Notes: a model not told the origin generated them from the letters alone. A stretch of DNA of 64,000 nucleotides from Amoebidium appalachense (GCA_963693365.1 CAVNZM010000003.1:11319651-11383650); one strand, 5' to 3'. Positions 18,080 to 32,708 are shown, counted from the stretch's first letter. Translations and numbers: made by a program.

Positions 18080-18297
18080 GGGGGGGTGAATGTATGAGTC
18101 ATGAGGAAGAAAGCAGTACTTGCCTCAAGGAGAGCCGCCCACGTTTCATCGTCAGCCAGGGGCAGGCCCTCAGAAGTGACACCCCACCCACTTCTCTCGA
18201 GCAAGTTCTTGATCGCACCGTGCTTTTCTTTCAACTGGCGGCAAGTGTGAACATGTGTGTGGAGAATTGTACGGTGTGGGTGTGGGTGTGGGTGTAG

Positions 18298-18358
<61 letters not shown>

Positions 18359-18605
18359 AGTGTGTTCGTGTTGGGCAAAGATCAGGACGGTACCGAAAGT
18401 CAGTGTTAACGTAAGTTCCAAGTGGTAGGATGGAAGTGCTATGACATCTGATGAACATCTAGGCTGGAAGTGCTGCTACACAGAGTAAACCCAGTAGAAG
18501 TTCAAGTGAGTATCGAAGTGTATAACCCGAGCAGCTATTGTTGTATACCTAATAAAAAACAAAGAAGAGTGAGTGAGGATGGAGTAGGGTGGGGAGAGGG
18601 GAAGC

Positions 18606-18639
<34 letters not shown>

Positions 18640-19535
18640 GTCTTCCATGCAACACTTTGCACTGAATCTACTTGTAAAACAGCACCAACAAAAAGGTCGG
18701 GGGAAAAGATAACTTACAACTTTGAAGTGGTTTGTGAGCTGTTCCCCTGTAACCTTCTTGCCGAACTGTTCATGGAAACGACCGGCCATTCCATTCCATT
18801 GAGCCTTTTTAAGGCTCTTGCCTCCCGAATCAAGTTTCCTGAGTGAGAGGCTAAGAAAATCGTCTACAACGAACTTGCTTTCTTCTCCCGTAAATCTCAT
18901 ACGTGTCTTTTCAACCGCCTCAGTCGACGGTTTGGCTGACTGTGGGGGACTGTCACTCTGTGATTCGATGTTGAGGTTTGCAGGCATCTTGTCGGTTCAA
19001 ACAAGATTATCTACAAGTGTACTGTGCTACTGGAAGACTCGGGCTGGACGGCCGCAGAGGGTAGGAAAAGAATGAGAAGTGAGGTGCGTGTCTGTTTTTA
19101 TAACGTTCCCCACGTGCAAGTCCGTGCGTTGGTGCAGGTGTCGCAGTTCAAGGCACAGCTGTCGCAGCCCACTCAGTATCCACATGCTGCCAGCAACGGA
19201 AGTTTGGTTTGGCGCCCTTTCAACAATCCTTTTTTGGCCACTTCAAACTATCGACGATTGGTGCAAAAGGACACCATATATAGTTCCATAAAATGAACAT
19301 TCATTGGGTCGGACATTCAGGACCTGAAAGGATTTCGCGCTAATCCACCTCCCGAGGTGGATTAGTGGAATCCAGATTACGGCCATGTCCGAGGGGTTTG
19401 AAACCCAGATTTACGTGACCGGATCTGGCCGTCTGTTTGGCAGCGGCTGGATTTTGAGATTTGGATTTAGCGCTAAACCCAAAATCGCCCGTAATCCGGA
19501 TTTAGGACCCTAAACCCGGGTTGCCAAACAGGCCC
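16360..19535. mobile_element. PIF/Harbinger-superfamily DNA transposon, non-autonomous (Myb gene only)
   Basis: Perfect 16-bp TIRs GGGCCTGTTTGGCAAC (16360-16375) and GTTGCCAAACAGGCCC (19520-19535). Flanks are TTA and TAA (TWA-type target, not an exact duplication). Both ends have GGATTT/AATCC-rich subterminal regions and the interior holds a Myb/SANT gene. Confidence 0.85.
17118..18987 (-). CDS. Harbinger-associated Myb/SANT-like DNA-binding protein (~357 aa)
   Basis: Exons 18987-18718, 18234-18124 and 17810-17118; the second intron is GC-AG (GAG|gcaagt). Sequence RFTGEESKFVVD..KKAQWNGMAGRF..QLTNHFKVLKEKH..LERSGWG..ADDETWAAL..PWPLYNAL resembles the Myb_DNA-bind_3 type PIF ORF1, followed by an acidic linker and a helical C-terminus. 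The frame is intact. Confidence 0.85.
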
Positions 19536-20050
19536 TAAGTTAAGGATTCGGAATTGGATCGAGAACCCGATTCGTGAACTCGGCTTGTTGCAGATTCTGT
19601 GGCAGCCCAGGTTCTTCCCATCGGCTCATGTACTTATTCGTGATTCGTGAAGCGTTAGAACCCGTCTTGATAGTGACCGTACTGCAGCTGGGGAGCGTGT
19701 GTAATTCCCTGCGGGGGAACCTCTTGACAGGGCGCACGCTGTCGTTGAATGCATGTGTTTTTGGTCCGCGTGCGGCGTGGAAATCGTGTTTTGATTCGAT
19801 AATCCAATCAAAAAAATTAACGGGAGAGCGGGGTAAAACAAAGCACTGCGCTCCACATTCTAATGATTGGCGCATTCCGATTGGCTGTGAGATCCTCTCT
19901 TTCTTGACATCTTACGTGAGACAGCCGCTCCCCTAACCGTGACCCTTTTAAAAACCCAACTTCGGCTTTCAGCCTCGGTCGGGAATCAACCCGGCCCAAA
20001 TTCGTACGGAACACCTAAAATCCCCGGCCCTTCCCCCCCTCCCCACACCT

Positions 20051-20088
<38 letters not shown>

Positions 20089-20820
20089 ACACACACGTGT
20101 ACACACACGTGTACCGTACGCGTGACAAGTACTGATATGTTTAAGTACGCATGTGTACATTGCCATCTGTGTGTGATCTCGAGACACGCCGTGCACAGTG
20201 TGTGTGATGTGCTTTAAAAATTCTCTTTCTCCTTCCCCCCAGCCCCCCCTCCCCCCCTCCCCCCCCCCCCCCCAGGGGGGGGGGGGGGGGGGGGGGGGGG
20301 CAGGGGTCTGATCAGCCCCGTGTTGGGAAGGAAATTCAGGTGAAGGGGTTCTTTTTAAAAAAAATGTACATGGATAGGAGAATTCTCAGTGAAAATTAGA
20401 TGCTTTAGAGGGAAGGTTGATGTGGCCCATGGATGGAGGAGGGTTGGTCACGAAGAAAATCTTCAATTTATCTAATTACTATCTGATGATGTATACAGCA
20501 GGAAGGCCTGAGCCCATAATTATTACAGCCGCAACTACTACTTTACAGTACGTACCATCAAGGCAGCCCCCTCTCCCCGACGTAAACTATATTTTTTTTA
20601 TTTATTATATCTTCTTATTAGTGTGGCAACTGAGTTATGTGCATCTTTAAATATCAAGCAAACAAGCCCCGCATGGTCTATCGTGCAAACTCCATGGATG
20701 CCCCAGATTACACATTATAAGCCAATTAAAACTAGCATGTCTAATAACAATTATATTACTCCCGCCGACAGTACTAATTAGCTATAGTGCTGTATACACA
20801 TAAATCATTAGTAAACCCAG

Positions 20821-21333
20821 CTAGGCAGGGTTCTTGACACGACACTCAATTTTCACATCTGCATAAGCGGCAGGCCGTGGGAGGCCAGGTGTGCGGTAGG
20901 TGAGATCCCGCAGTAATTCGCTCAGGGTGTGGGGGGGTGCAATGTGCAGGTCAAAGGTGCCCATCAGGCGCAGGAAGATGAGCATGATCTCAAACTCGGC
21001 AAGAAGCATGCCAGCACACATGTGCATGCCCCGACCTGTGTACGTGTGTGTGTGTGTGTGTGTGTGTGTGGTGGTGTGTGTGTGTGTGGGGTGGGGGGTG
21101 GGGGGTGTTAGTGTGTGTGTGTGTGTGTGAGCGCGTGCGTGCGTGTTTGTGTGTTTGTGTTTGTGTGTGTGTGTGGGGGGGGGGGGGGGGGGGGGGGGGG
21201 GGGTGGGTTGGTGGGTGTGGGTGTTAGAGTGTGAATGTGTGTGTGTAGGGGGGGGTTTGGGGTGGGGGGTTGGGAGGGATGCACGTACGTCTGCGTTTGT
21301 GTGCATGTGTTGGAATGGTACCAGGAGGGGGGT

Positions 21334-21401
<68 letters not shown>

Positions 21402-22705
21402 GCCGGGTTGAGGGTAAGGAACGAGAAGAGAAAGTTAGCGAGGGAATGAATGGCCAAACCCGGGAGGATGGTAACGAGGAAAGTTTAGGTGGAGAGGGGG
21501 GGGGGGGGGGGGGGGAGGATTGCTCAGATGTGTGGCGGCCTTCTGAGAAGCCAAACAGGGCAGGTTAACATAATAGGGGATGGGGGAATTTGACAGAGGG
21601 ATAGCATTGAAAGCATGCGGTGCTTAGAGAACTTGGGGTTGTGTGTGTCCCCGCGCGAGAGGGGGGGGGGGGGGGGGGGGGGGGACTGCAAGGACAAAAG
21701 AAAAACAGGCGGATGAAAAAGAGGAAAAGTGTAGATGTGTGTGTGTGGGGGGGGTGGGGGGGGGGGGGGGGGGGGGTTCAAATATCTTACCCCAGGAAAG
21801 ATACTCCATAGGGGCAACTTTAGCACCGATCCAGCGATCGGGATTGAAAGTCTGCGGATCGGGATAAATGTTTGCGTCGTAGTGGACCGTGGCTGGATGA
21901 ACCATCAAAAGCTGATCCTTGGGCAAAGATGCACCCGTGCCCGGCAGGACAACGTTGTCGGTCGTGATCCTAACTTGGGAGCTTGGGTACATGCGCATTG
22001 TTTCCTTAACACAATTTCGCAAAAATACCATCCGATCGATCTGATCGCGTGTGAGCGGCTCGCTCGTCAGTCCCTGAACGCCGCAGACCGACACGATTTC
22101 GTCGTTCAGGCGATCGATCCAGCGCTTTTCTGAATGGATTTGCAGCACCAGGAGCATGGCGGCATAGGGGGTGTTGGCTGTGGCCGCAAACATAATTGCC
22201 CCGAACTGGATCTTCGCGTGATTTTGGTGGTAGGGATCGTCGTGATTGTAGCATCCGCGGATGAGCCCTGGGGGAAAGTATTGTCAGTGAAACATTATTA
22301 TTGGGGCCTAATGTTTGCATTTTGCAGCATAGCGTCATTATGAGGCATGCATGACGTTATAATGATGTCTGACAATAATGTTGACAATCGATGATTATGT
22401 TGTGTTGCCTTTAAATGGCGATATATCCTTCTTTAGGCATATGGAAATGGCGAAGAAGCAATCCTGGAGAAACGTAACGGCAAGTTGTTAGATGTAAAAA
22501 ATCGTTCCTTGCCATTAACATTAGCCACTGAACATTTCATTCGGCTACCAACCCATTATAATCATAGAAAGTCGAATGCTCACGGGCGCACATGCGCATG
22601 TGCATGCACGATGGGTAAGAAGCGAGAAAAAGGAATCGCAGTGGTGGTGGTGGCGCCTGCACGAATGCGCGCATAGACGCAGGCGTTATGTGTGTGCTCA
22701 TGTGC

Positions 22706-22744
<39 letters not shown>

Positions 22745-24141
22745 CGCGCGCGCGCGTGTGTGCGTGCTTGCTTGTGTGTGCGTGCGCGCGTGTTGACATG
22801 CATGCCACATCCTTGCCACCATCTGTTTCTATCACACAGTCTCTATTTCCTCCCTCTTTTCAATCTCTAGATCTCCATCCCTTATTCCTTTCCCATTCTC
22901 TTCCTCTACCGCCACCCACTCTCCCCCCCCCCCCCCCCCCCCCCCAAACACGCACACAGACATACCCTTGATCTTATTCTTCTTCTTCTGGGGTAGGGGG
23001 GAAGGGAAGGGGGGAATGGACCGTTTGTGTGTGTGGGTGTGTATGTGATAGGGACGGACAGAGAGAGAGAGAGGGGGGGGGGGGGGGGGGGTTGAAGCAC
23101 CTTGGTATTGGCTTTTGCTCGGTAACTGAATTGCCCTCATGGCCATTTCGTTCAGTTTTTTCGTTGCCGTTGTAGCTTTCTCCATTTCTTTCTGGCACAT
23201 AAACCCACCCATTTCCATGTACTTGGATAGGTTCACCTCCATTTCCATGAGGCCGGGAAGAAACTCGGGATCGTGGCTCAGCTCAGGCCCGACCAAAGAG
23301 TTTGCGGTCACAAGGGATGCGGCCTGTGTGTACATATGTGTGGGTGTGTGTATGGGGGGAGGGGGGAAGGGGGGAAGGGGGAGGGGGGGAGGGTGTGTGT
23401 GTGTGTGTGCGCGCGTGCGCGTGCGTGCGTGCGCGTGCGTGCGTGCGTGCGTGCGTGTGGCCCTGTGTGGGTGCGTGTGTGCACAAGCACACGGGAGTGT
23501 ATATGTGTATGTGTGCTTGCAGGCGGGCAGGTATCTGCGTGCACATGACACGTGCATGCAAATGTGTGACGAGAAGGATATGTGCTGTGAAGATTCTTAT
23601 TGTGGCCTGCAAGATAATGGAAGGTTCAGGGAAGGGAATGGAAGGGAGGGGGGGGGGGGGGGAGAAGGAGAGGGGATGTATGCGTCGGAGGGTTAGAAAT
23701 ATGGAGGAGACACGTTCCAACCCATCCTTAGTTTCAACAACAATATTCAAGTAAACCCATCTTGGACAAACTTTAAGTAGAATTGTTTTTGGAGCAGAAT
23801 TGTTCGTGGAACAGTAAACTTACAACACAAGTTCATAATACGTCCGAATAGAATATAACCAAAATAAAGAGCCCCGAGCAGAGAAGTAGAATATAAGTTG
23901 GAAGGAAGGGGAGGGGAGGATGGAGGACAGTCAGCACTTTGTATTTATCGCTGTGTGTGTGTCCTGTAGGGCTTGCATGTGTGTAAAAGAGGTATTTAAA
24001 CCTGCGAGTGAGCATAAATAAGTATGAACACAGCTGCATGCAAATATGAATGTGAGGTGCATGTGTGTGTGTGTGTGTGTGCGTGTGTGTGTGTGTGTGC
24101 GCGCGCACATGTGTGTGTGTGTGTGTGCGCACGCGCGTGCG

Positions 24142-24216
<75 letters not shown>

Positions 24217-24237
24217 GTGTGTATGTGTGTATGTGTG

Positions 24238-24277
<40 letters not shown>

Positions 24278-24853
24278 CATGTGTTTGTGTGAACATACCT
24301 CTGTGAGGACCTTGTGCAACGACACAGTAACCACCCCTCCATTCTTTCGGCAATCCTCCACTATTCCCTGCATGTAGCCTTGCACTTCAACATCAATTTC
24401 TGACACCCGAGGGCCAATCGTGGGTGTGACGTGCTTTCTCATGGCATGCACCGTAACCTGCTCGTTCTCATCCCGCAAATCGGTGAACTCATCCAGCCCC
24501 GTTAACGGAACAAGCGCCGGCATGGCGACACGCAAAGCATCCCAAAAGGACACCTCGTCGGTCTTTGACGTAAAGAACCACTGCAAGTCCTTCTTGTTGC
24601 TCAGAAACACAAAGTCCATCCCTCCCATGCGCATCACAAACGTCTCTCCAAACTCCTTCCTCGTCTCCTGTAGGAACTCGTATGGTGCGCTCCCAAACCT
24701 CAGGCCCGCACCTATGAAGGGCAGCTCCCAGCCAACAACGGGGAGTCCATATTTTGTGCGCCGCCATGGGCCAATCCACCATGTTACAGCCAGAAGGCAG
24801 GCCGCAGCCACCAGAGTGGTGGTGCTGTGTTGGGCCACAGCATCCGAAAGCAT
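20821..24853 (-). CDS. Cytochrome P450, CYP7/CYP51-like (~489 aa)
   Basis: Exons 24853-24299, 23323-23101, 22267-21791 and 21035-20821 splice in frame. N-terminal membrane anchor, LPFIG motif, I-helix FAATANT, ExxR (ETMR), PDRW and heme motif WGRGMHMCAG are present. Confidence 0.93.
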
Positions 24854-24879
24854 GTTTCCTGCCGTTACGCCCAGTAGTT

Positions 24880-25395
24880 AGTGTTTGCACGTACCCATCC
24901 GTCTCCCAACACCAATCCTTGAAAAATGTACGAGAAGAAGCTAAGCAAGGCTTCGGCCGAGGCAAAACATCGATAAATCATACAATCATATTTGTAAGGC
25001 CAGCCCGTCTATTTTCTGGTGCTTCTCTGAATGCTTCATAGGCTGCAATTGTTGCGATTGTTGGCTGCACGTGATCCGATTTGTCAATGCGGTTGTAACA
25101 AGAAGGTTTGGCAGTCGAGCTAGGCCAACCATCCCAAAAAGGTTCCCCCTCCCCTCTCTCTCTCTCTTTTTTTTTTTATCCGCCCCCCGAGGCTCTCTTT
25201 TCCTTAGGGACTGGTCGCTATGTTTTTTTTTTCTTTTCTTTCTTAGTTGAGTGTTTGCACGTGCCCACCCGTCTCCCACCACATATCATTGACAAATGCG
25301 CAAGGAGAAGCTACAATAAGCAAGGCTTCGGTCGAGGCAAATTATCAATCAATTATGGTATCATATTTGCAAGGCAAGCCCGTTTATGTTATCTG
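24880..25395. repeat. Diverged direct duplication (~135 bp) upstream of the CYP start
   Basis: 24880-25015 and 25250-25395 share agtgtttgcacgt.ccca.ccgtctccca..agcaaggcttcgg.cgaggcaaa..tcatatttg.aaggc.agcccgt. Confidence 0.85.
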
Positions 25396-26486
25396 ATTGC
25401 ACCTGATGCGAGATTGCTAAGCGAGTTGTTATTGGAAGGTGACCTATACCAAGCATCCCAAAAAAGGTACCCCTGCTTTCTTCCCCTCCCCCCCCCCCCC
25501 CCACCTCTCTTTTCCTCGAGCTCCAGCCCTTGGCTCTGTATATATGCCGCCAGTGGTGTGTTTATTGTATACGTTTTTTTTTTTTTGTTTTTTTTTTTCT
25601 TTTTTTTTTCTTTGAAGTCTTCGGTTTTTTTTTTAAAACAAAATTTTAAAGAAAAAAAAGAAGAAAAAAAATTTACATCTTTATTGCGTGGACAGTGCCG
25701 GGGGCCCAGCCACACTCGACTATAATAGGGAAGGCTTATGAAAAGATCCCGTGTATCTAGGTGATATTCAGGAGCAAGTTGGATACCAGATATACCCAGA
25801 TATATCTGGTGATAATCAGGGCACCCCCGAGATCTATCCGGTGATGTTCTGGGGGGGTGCAAAAATTGAAATATCAAAATGGATCTCTGAAGAGGTGATA
25901 TATTCTGCGCTCAGAGGCGGGATATATCACGTCCACCTAGGGGGTATTATAGGAGTTATCATATTTGTGGGGTTTCCACTAGGGAGTTTTGCCGCCAAAG
26001 GCTGCCAATCAAGCAAGAGGTAAACAAGCCAAAAGAAGTAATGCATGTTACAATAGCCATATTTGGGCAATTGGATTTCACATCGAACCAATGTGCCAAG
26101 CTCCCGCCACATACGGCTGGAAACTACCAATCACTCAAGTTCCCGCCCCAGACAGGCGGTTTTGACAGTTGACACATGTGCAACTTATTTTCATCGGTAT
26201 AAGGAGTGGTTTTTGGGCTTTCTCGGTCAGTTCTCCCACTTCAGACACGTTTACTTTTTGTGAAACCAAGCGTTCTTAACCACGCGCAGTCATGTCTGCC
26301 GCCGCCTTCTCTATGGCGGCCATTATCGGCACTGGCGAGAGTGCCCCCGTAGAGCTCAAGCATCAAACCTTTGGCTTAAGCAGTGCCCTTTATTCCATTA
26401 CACTAGTACAAGCCTTAGTGACTCCCGTCACCCTCCCCCCCCCCCCCCCCCCCCCCCCCTTCTCCCTTAGTATACCACACTCAATT

Positions 26487-26488
<2 letters not shown>

Positions 26489-26583
<95 letters not shown>

Positions 26584-26600
26584 TACACACACACACACGT

Positions 26601-26639
<39 letters not shown>

Positions 26640-26657
26640 CACACACACACACACAGT

Positions 26658-26690
<33 letters not shown>

Positions 26691-26751
26691 GTGTCACACA
26701 CACACACACACACACACACACCATCACACACACACACACACACCACCATCA

Positions 26752-26840
<89 letters not shown>
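26489..26840. repeat. (AC)n microsatellite inside the hAT-like element
   Basis: Interrupted AC dinucleotide tract of about 350 bp. Confidence 0.95.
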
Positions 26841-26844
<4 letters not shown>

Positions 26845-27100
26845 CAGCGTGTGCACACGTGTATTCGCCTTAGATATTCGGGTGATAAGCTTAGTCATTA
26901 AGTTTTTTCTTTTGACTGGATTTATTCGACGGAAAGATATGCAAGTATGCACGGCATACTGAGAAGACAATAAAAACTTCACGAGTTATCCAGTAACAAG
27001 TGCATACTGAGATACCTGAACACTGTGTGAAAATCATATAAATACTCAATGTGACGACCAACAGAATTCAACAAAAAGTCTAAAGTGTTCACATTGCCAG

Positions 27101-28106
27101 CTAGTGTAGCAGATACCCGGAGGGAAAGAGGTAAACGCGACATAAAAATTCACACCTATCAACATGCTTGCGATTGAAAAGGTCAGCACAAAAGTGGCAC
27201 CAGCGGCGATGAAAACAAGAATTACAGCGCCACTGCACAACTTCCCAGGCAATATCAACATCAGAGCACCATACAGACTTATCTACTAGGGTGGTATCCA
27301 TACGTACAGCAGGAGAAATGTATCCTGCCAAAGCTCCCAAAAAGCGATAATGATCAGTACGGTGTTGCCTAAGGAACATAACACATGCCGACTGAGTTTT
27401 ACCTTTGATTTCTCTATCAGAACGAGAAAGAAACTTATACTGCGTGTGGTAATAACGCGAAAAGGCAGAAAAAACAGGAAGAGAAAAGAAAGAGGGAGTG
27501 AGATAGCGAGAGGAAGAATCAGGTGGAAAGAGGGTAGGCTGAGGACATTCAAAAGTAGCGTTGGTGAATCGGGGGGGAAGAGGGATGGAGGGAGGGGGGG
27601 GAAAGAAAGCATAAAGAGGGTGACCATCAGGTAGCCTAACTAAATGAAAACAAAAACGAAGAGACAATTCCTCCATACGACAAACAGCAGACGACAATCC
27701 AAACATACTGATTAAGGGAGGCACAAACCGAGTACGAAACAAAGTGCGTAGCGCAGTACCCTGAAAATCGTCGAACTCGTTCAGCGCCATTGCCGCCTCG
27801 CGAAGTGGGGGCGCAGGCCAATAGCGGAAGTCCATATTCGAAAGTCGGCCGTAAGAAAGTTTTATAGTAGAGAAGAAGGTTCGCAGGATGGATCACAGAC
27901 TCCTGTTGAAACATATTTGACACGATGTGAAGCTTACCCTTCGCACGAGCGATCCGTGCCGTGAGGAGCTTGCGGAAATCAATACCCCGTGCAGTAAAAG
28001 GAATACCCGAATAGTCATAGGTGCTGTGAACAGGAATAGGAAGGCCGGCCAATCGAAAGGAAGTGTTCTTCGAAAAAGTAGCACACTTTGCAATGCCGAC
28101 TGTCAT
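27101..28106 (-). pseudogene. 5'-truncated non-LTR retrotransposon (LINE) ORF2 remnant
   Basis: KC..YDYSGIPF (RT domain-7 Y.YLG-like), YKTFLRPTFEYG (conserved post-RT motif) and C-terminal WR..CHFC-x6-H-x3-C zinc knuckle. One frameshift near 27800-27830. Confidence 0.8.
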
Positions 28107-28835
28107 GAGATTCTCGGTCTGGACTGGATACTTGGGCCTGATAATCAGGGCACAAATATTTTATTTTATAGTACTATTACTGCTTAAAGAAGGTTATCTC
28201 CTTTAGATGAGCCCAGTTTTGAAAAAGGTCCCCTCCCTTTGCATCAGAGATAGATTTACTTTTCTCAAACGCATGATACCCAAATCTCCATCTAAGAATT
28301 CCTAAATTGCACAAATAGGATACGTTTGATTTATCTTTTGATATTCAGGGAGGTTTTCGGGATATCTTGAGATGATACTCAGGGCATTCGCAAAAAAAAA
28401 AAAACGGGATAATCTGGGGCCTTTGCGATATTTTCGTGATATATCCAGGTTGATACTCAGGGCGAAAAACAGGATATTTTCATAAGGCCCTACACTCGAC
28501 GGCCTACTGCGTTTTCCAGCGCAGCCAATCAAATGCAGCTAGCGCCATCGTAGGTTAACCCCGTTACGCAAAATTGCCCGTTTGATCTGATTGGTAGAAA
28601 AAGCGCGCCATTTTTTCACCCGAGACTATTTGAGTCACAGACCTGCAGAGCTGCTGTCAAAAAGGGCTTTCTTTCTCTCTCTCTCTTTTTTTTTTTTTCC
28701 AGGAAGGGCAAGAGAATGTAGACCTTAGAATTGTTCCAACTTTATACTTGTACCGCTCACTATCACACCCTCATTCGACTCACAATTCTTCTTGACATCT
28801 TGACTTGCAAGTTACAGCACTGACGTCATTGATAA

Positions 28836-29250
28836 ATGATAAAAACCACAACTCTTGTAAGCTTTTGCGACTCAGTCACGACTGCGGTATACCCATAGAG
28901 CAGACTTGTCTGCCGTTCAGAACATTTACATTTACATGTACATTGGGTTTCACTCAAAGCCCAAATAACGTCGATGATGGAGCAGTTTTTCACCCCCGAC
29001 CAACTTCGGGAGCTTGAAAGCGTGCATGCACCACAGTTCATGAACAGCATCAAGGAAATGGCCGTTGCTGTCGCTGCAGCAAGGAAGGCACAAACGCTTG
29101 CGCATGCATAAAAGCCATTGGCAGACGCAAAGGTAGACCCCGAAAAAAAAGAAGGCATTCGCAGAGACAGTGAGGGCGGAAGCAGAGAAGAAGAAGGCAG
29201 AGGAGGCAGAGAAGAGGAAGGCACAGGGTGGGCGCACGCCTCAGTGCTAG
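28836..29250 (+). pseudogene. Possible decayed coiled-coil coding fragment
   Basis: Protein-like frame MMEQFFTPDQLRELESVHAPQFMNSIKEMAVAVAAARKAQTLAHA*KPLADAKVDPEKK, then a shift in the A-run to KAFAETVRAEAEKKKAEEAEKRKAQ. No family recognised. Confidence 0.35.
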
Positions 29251-29523
29251 GTATTTGCACGCACACATCTGTCAGTTTGAATGCACGTTATGAGCTAATT
29301 TGCCAACCTATGAGCAAAGGATGGCAGGCACATATCTACAGTATCCCACCCTTTTGAAGGCAATTTTCGGGTGCCATGTGAACACTTGTTTGCAAGAAAT
29401 CCTTGTCTGACTTCATCGTTGCCAGAAAAATGTTTTGCGTACATCGAAGTTCTGTTCCTACGCTTGCTTCCCTGGAAAAGTGTTAGTCACCTGTTAACCT
29501 GCTGCATCACTTCCCTTTTGACC

Positions 29524-29580
<57 letters not shown>

Positions 29581-29949
29581 ACACGTTCCCCATCCTATCT
29601 ACCAAGCAATCCGCCACGCACTTTTTCAGCGGTGTTTTATGCTACTATTACTTATTGACCAGCCGTGTGGCAGGTTGTGCAGAAGCCTCAACAGGCGTAA
29701 GGCTCCTGTCCTTCATCCTTCTTGTGGGTGTGAGTATTGGCTGCTATTACTTTGACCCTGAAACTGCAGGCGAGGCACTCCGTGACGCATGTGTTTCATT
29801 GCAATCACAACAACCTGCATCACCCTCATCTTCCGTGGCACCCTGGGACGATGGGTGTAAGGGTTGGTAACTTGTAGTGCATCCGAAAACGAGTACAGTG
29901 TGAAAGGGCGCCTGCTGTGGGGGGTTTTTTTTTTTTTTTGCGAAAACGC

Positions 29950-31700
<1,751 letters not shown>

Positions 31701-32649
31701 CAGCAACACGTACTAATACACATGCTTTCCCCGTAGTTTCAGAAAGAAACAGAACTTTATTATCAGAATTGCAACATGCAAGCGCATGCACACCTCATTC
31801 TCTTATATCCGACCAACAGGCCAGTCACCAATTGCAACAGAAAGATAAGGACGTCGACAAGAAAATGGCATACTGGCATCCCCACACATCATAACTCCTG
31901 TTGATCATACCAGCATAACTTTTTCATAAGTTACAAAGTTTCTTTCTTTCCCCCCTCCCCCCCCCCCCCCCCCCCCCTCCTGCTAGCAAGACTGCAGAAC
32001 TGAAACCCGTGGACTAAGGCAATATACCAACAATAGTGCCAGTCGGGGTCGGACTAGTATCCTGGCTTAGAGTTGCGCTTTAGAGTGCGATTGGTGTCTA
32101 CTATATATGGAAGACGTTCTAATTAGCTCCCCGAGGCAAGGCTGTGCTGGTACTAGTAAACCGGGATACATAAAATTAAAAATACTATTATTATTATTAA
32201 CTTTGGTTTGCACTTATTTTGTCTTAGACTTGACATTTGCAAGCATGGAAAGATCTCCAGATCACTTGATAACTATGCCGTTGACGCTAAGAAGGACACC
32301 AGAAAAGTCTGTCAAGGGATATATGTGATTGGTCCAGATCGAATCCGGTTCAATCCGATTGACCATATAAGGAAACTCAAGAAATCAGTTTTGCGAAAGG
32401 AGCGCCCATGTAACTGCAGATGCACCCTTTCTTGGCGACCTCACATGTCCAGGCACGCCTAAATGGATACCATTGGTACCAAGTCACGACCGTCATTTTA
32501 TTAAGAGGCATGTCCGAGCCAGTCAGACAGCCAATCAGACGCCTTCATGCCCGTCTACATGTACATAGAATTTAATATCTGTGTGTGTGCCCATAATAGC
32601 TGTGTACGTGTTCGTAAGGGTGTGTATGTGGGTACTTGCCTCGCCACGT

Positions 32650-32708
<59 letters not shown>

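Larger units (their letters stand above)
15900..20010. mobile_element. Older repeat element with ATTCGGAATC(G) arrays, interrupted by the Harbinger insertion (ends uncertain)
   Basis: GATTCGGAATCG-like motifs cluster at 15965-16356 and resume at 19544 immediately after the Harbinger right end. There is only weak inverted similarity (ggccggg..cccga.ccgaggct) near 15915 and 19970-19997. Confidence 0.45.
25721..28492. mobile_element. hAT-like non-autonomous DNA transposon
   Basis: 8-bp direct repeat CACTCGAC at 25713-25720 and 28493-28500. Imperfect TIRs: left TAGGGaagGCTTATGAAAAGATCC, right reverse complement TAGGGCCTTATGAAAATATCC. Subterminal GATA(T/A/C)TCAGG repeats occur at both ends (25763, 25811, 28140, 28340, 28374, 28452). 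Confidence 0.7.

Noticed and set aside
19213-19230. RIVERA peptide resembling the Harbinger transposase motif R..VERAFG
   Set aside because: Only six residues, with no surrounding DDE motifs or open frame.
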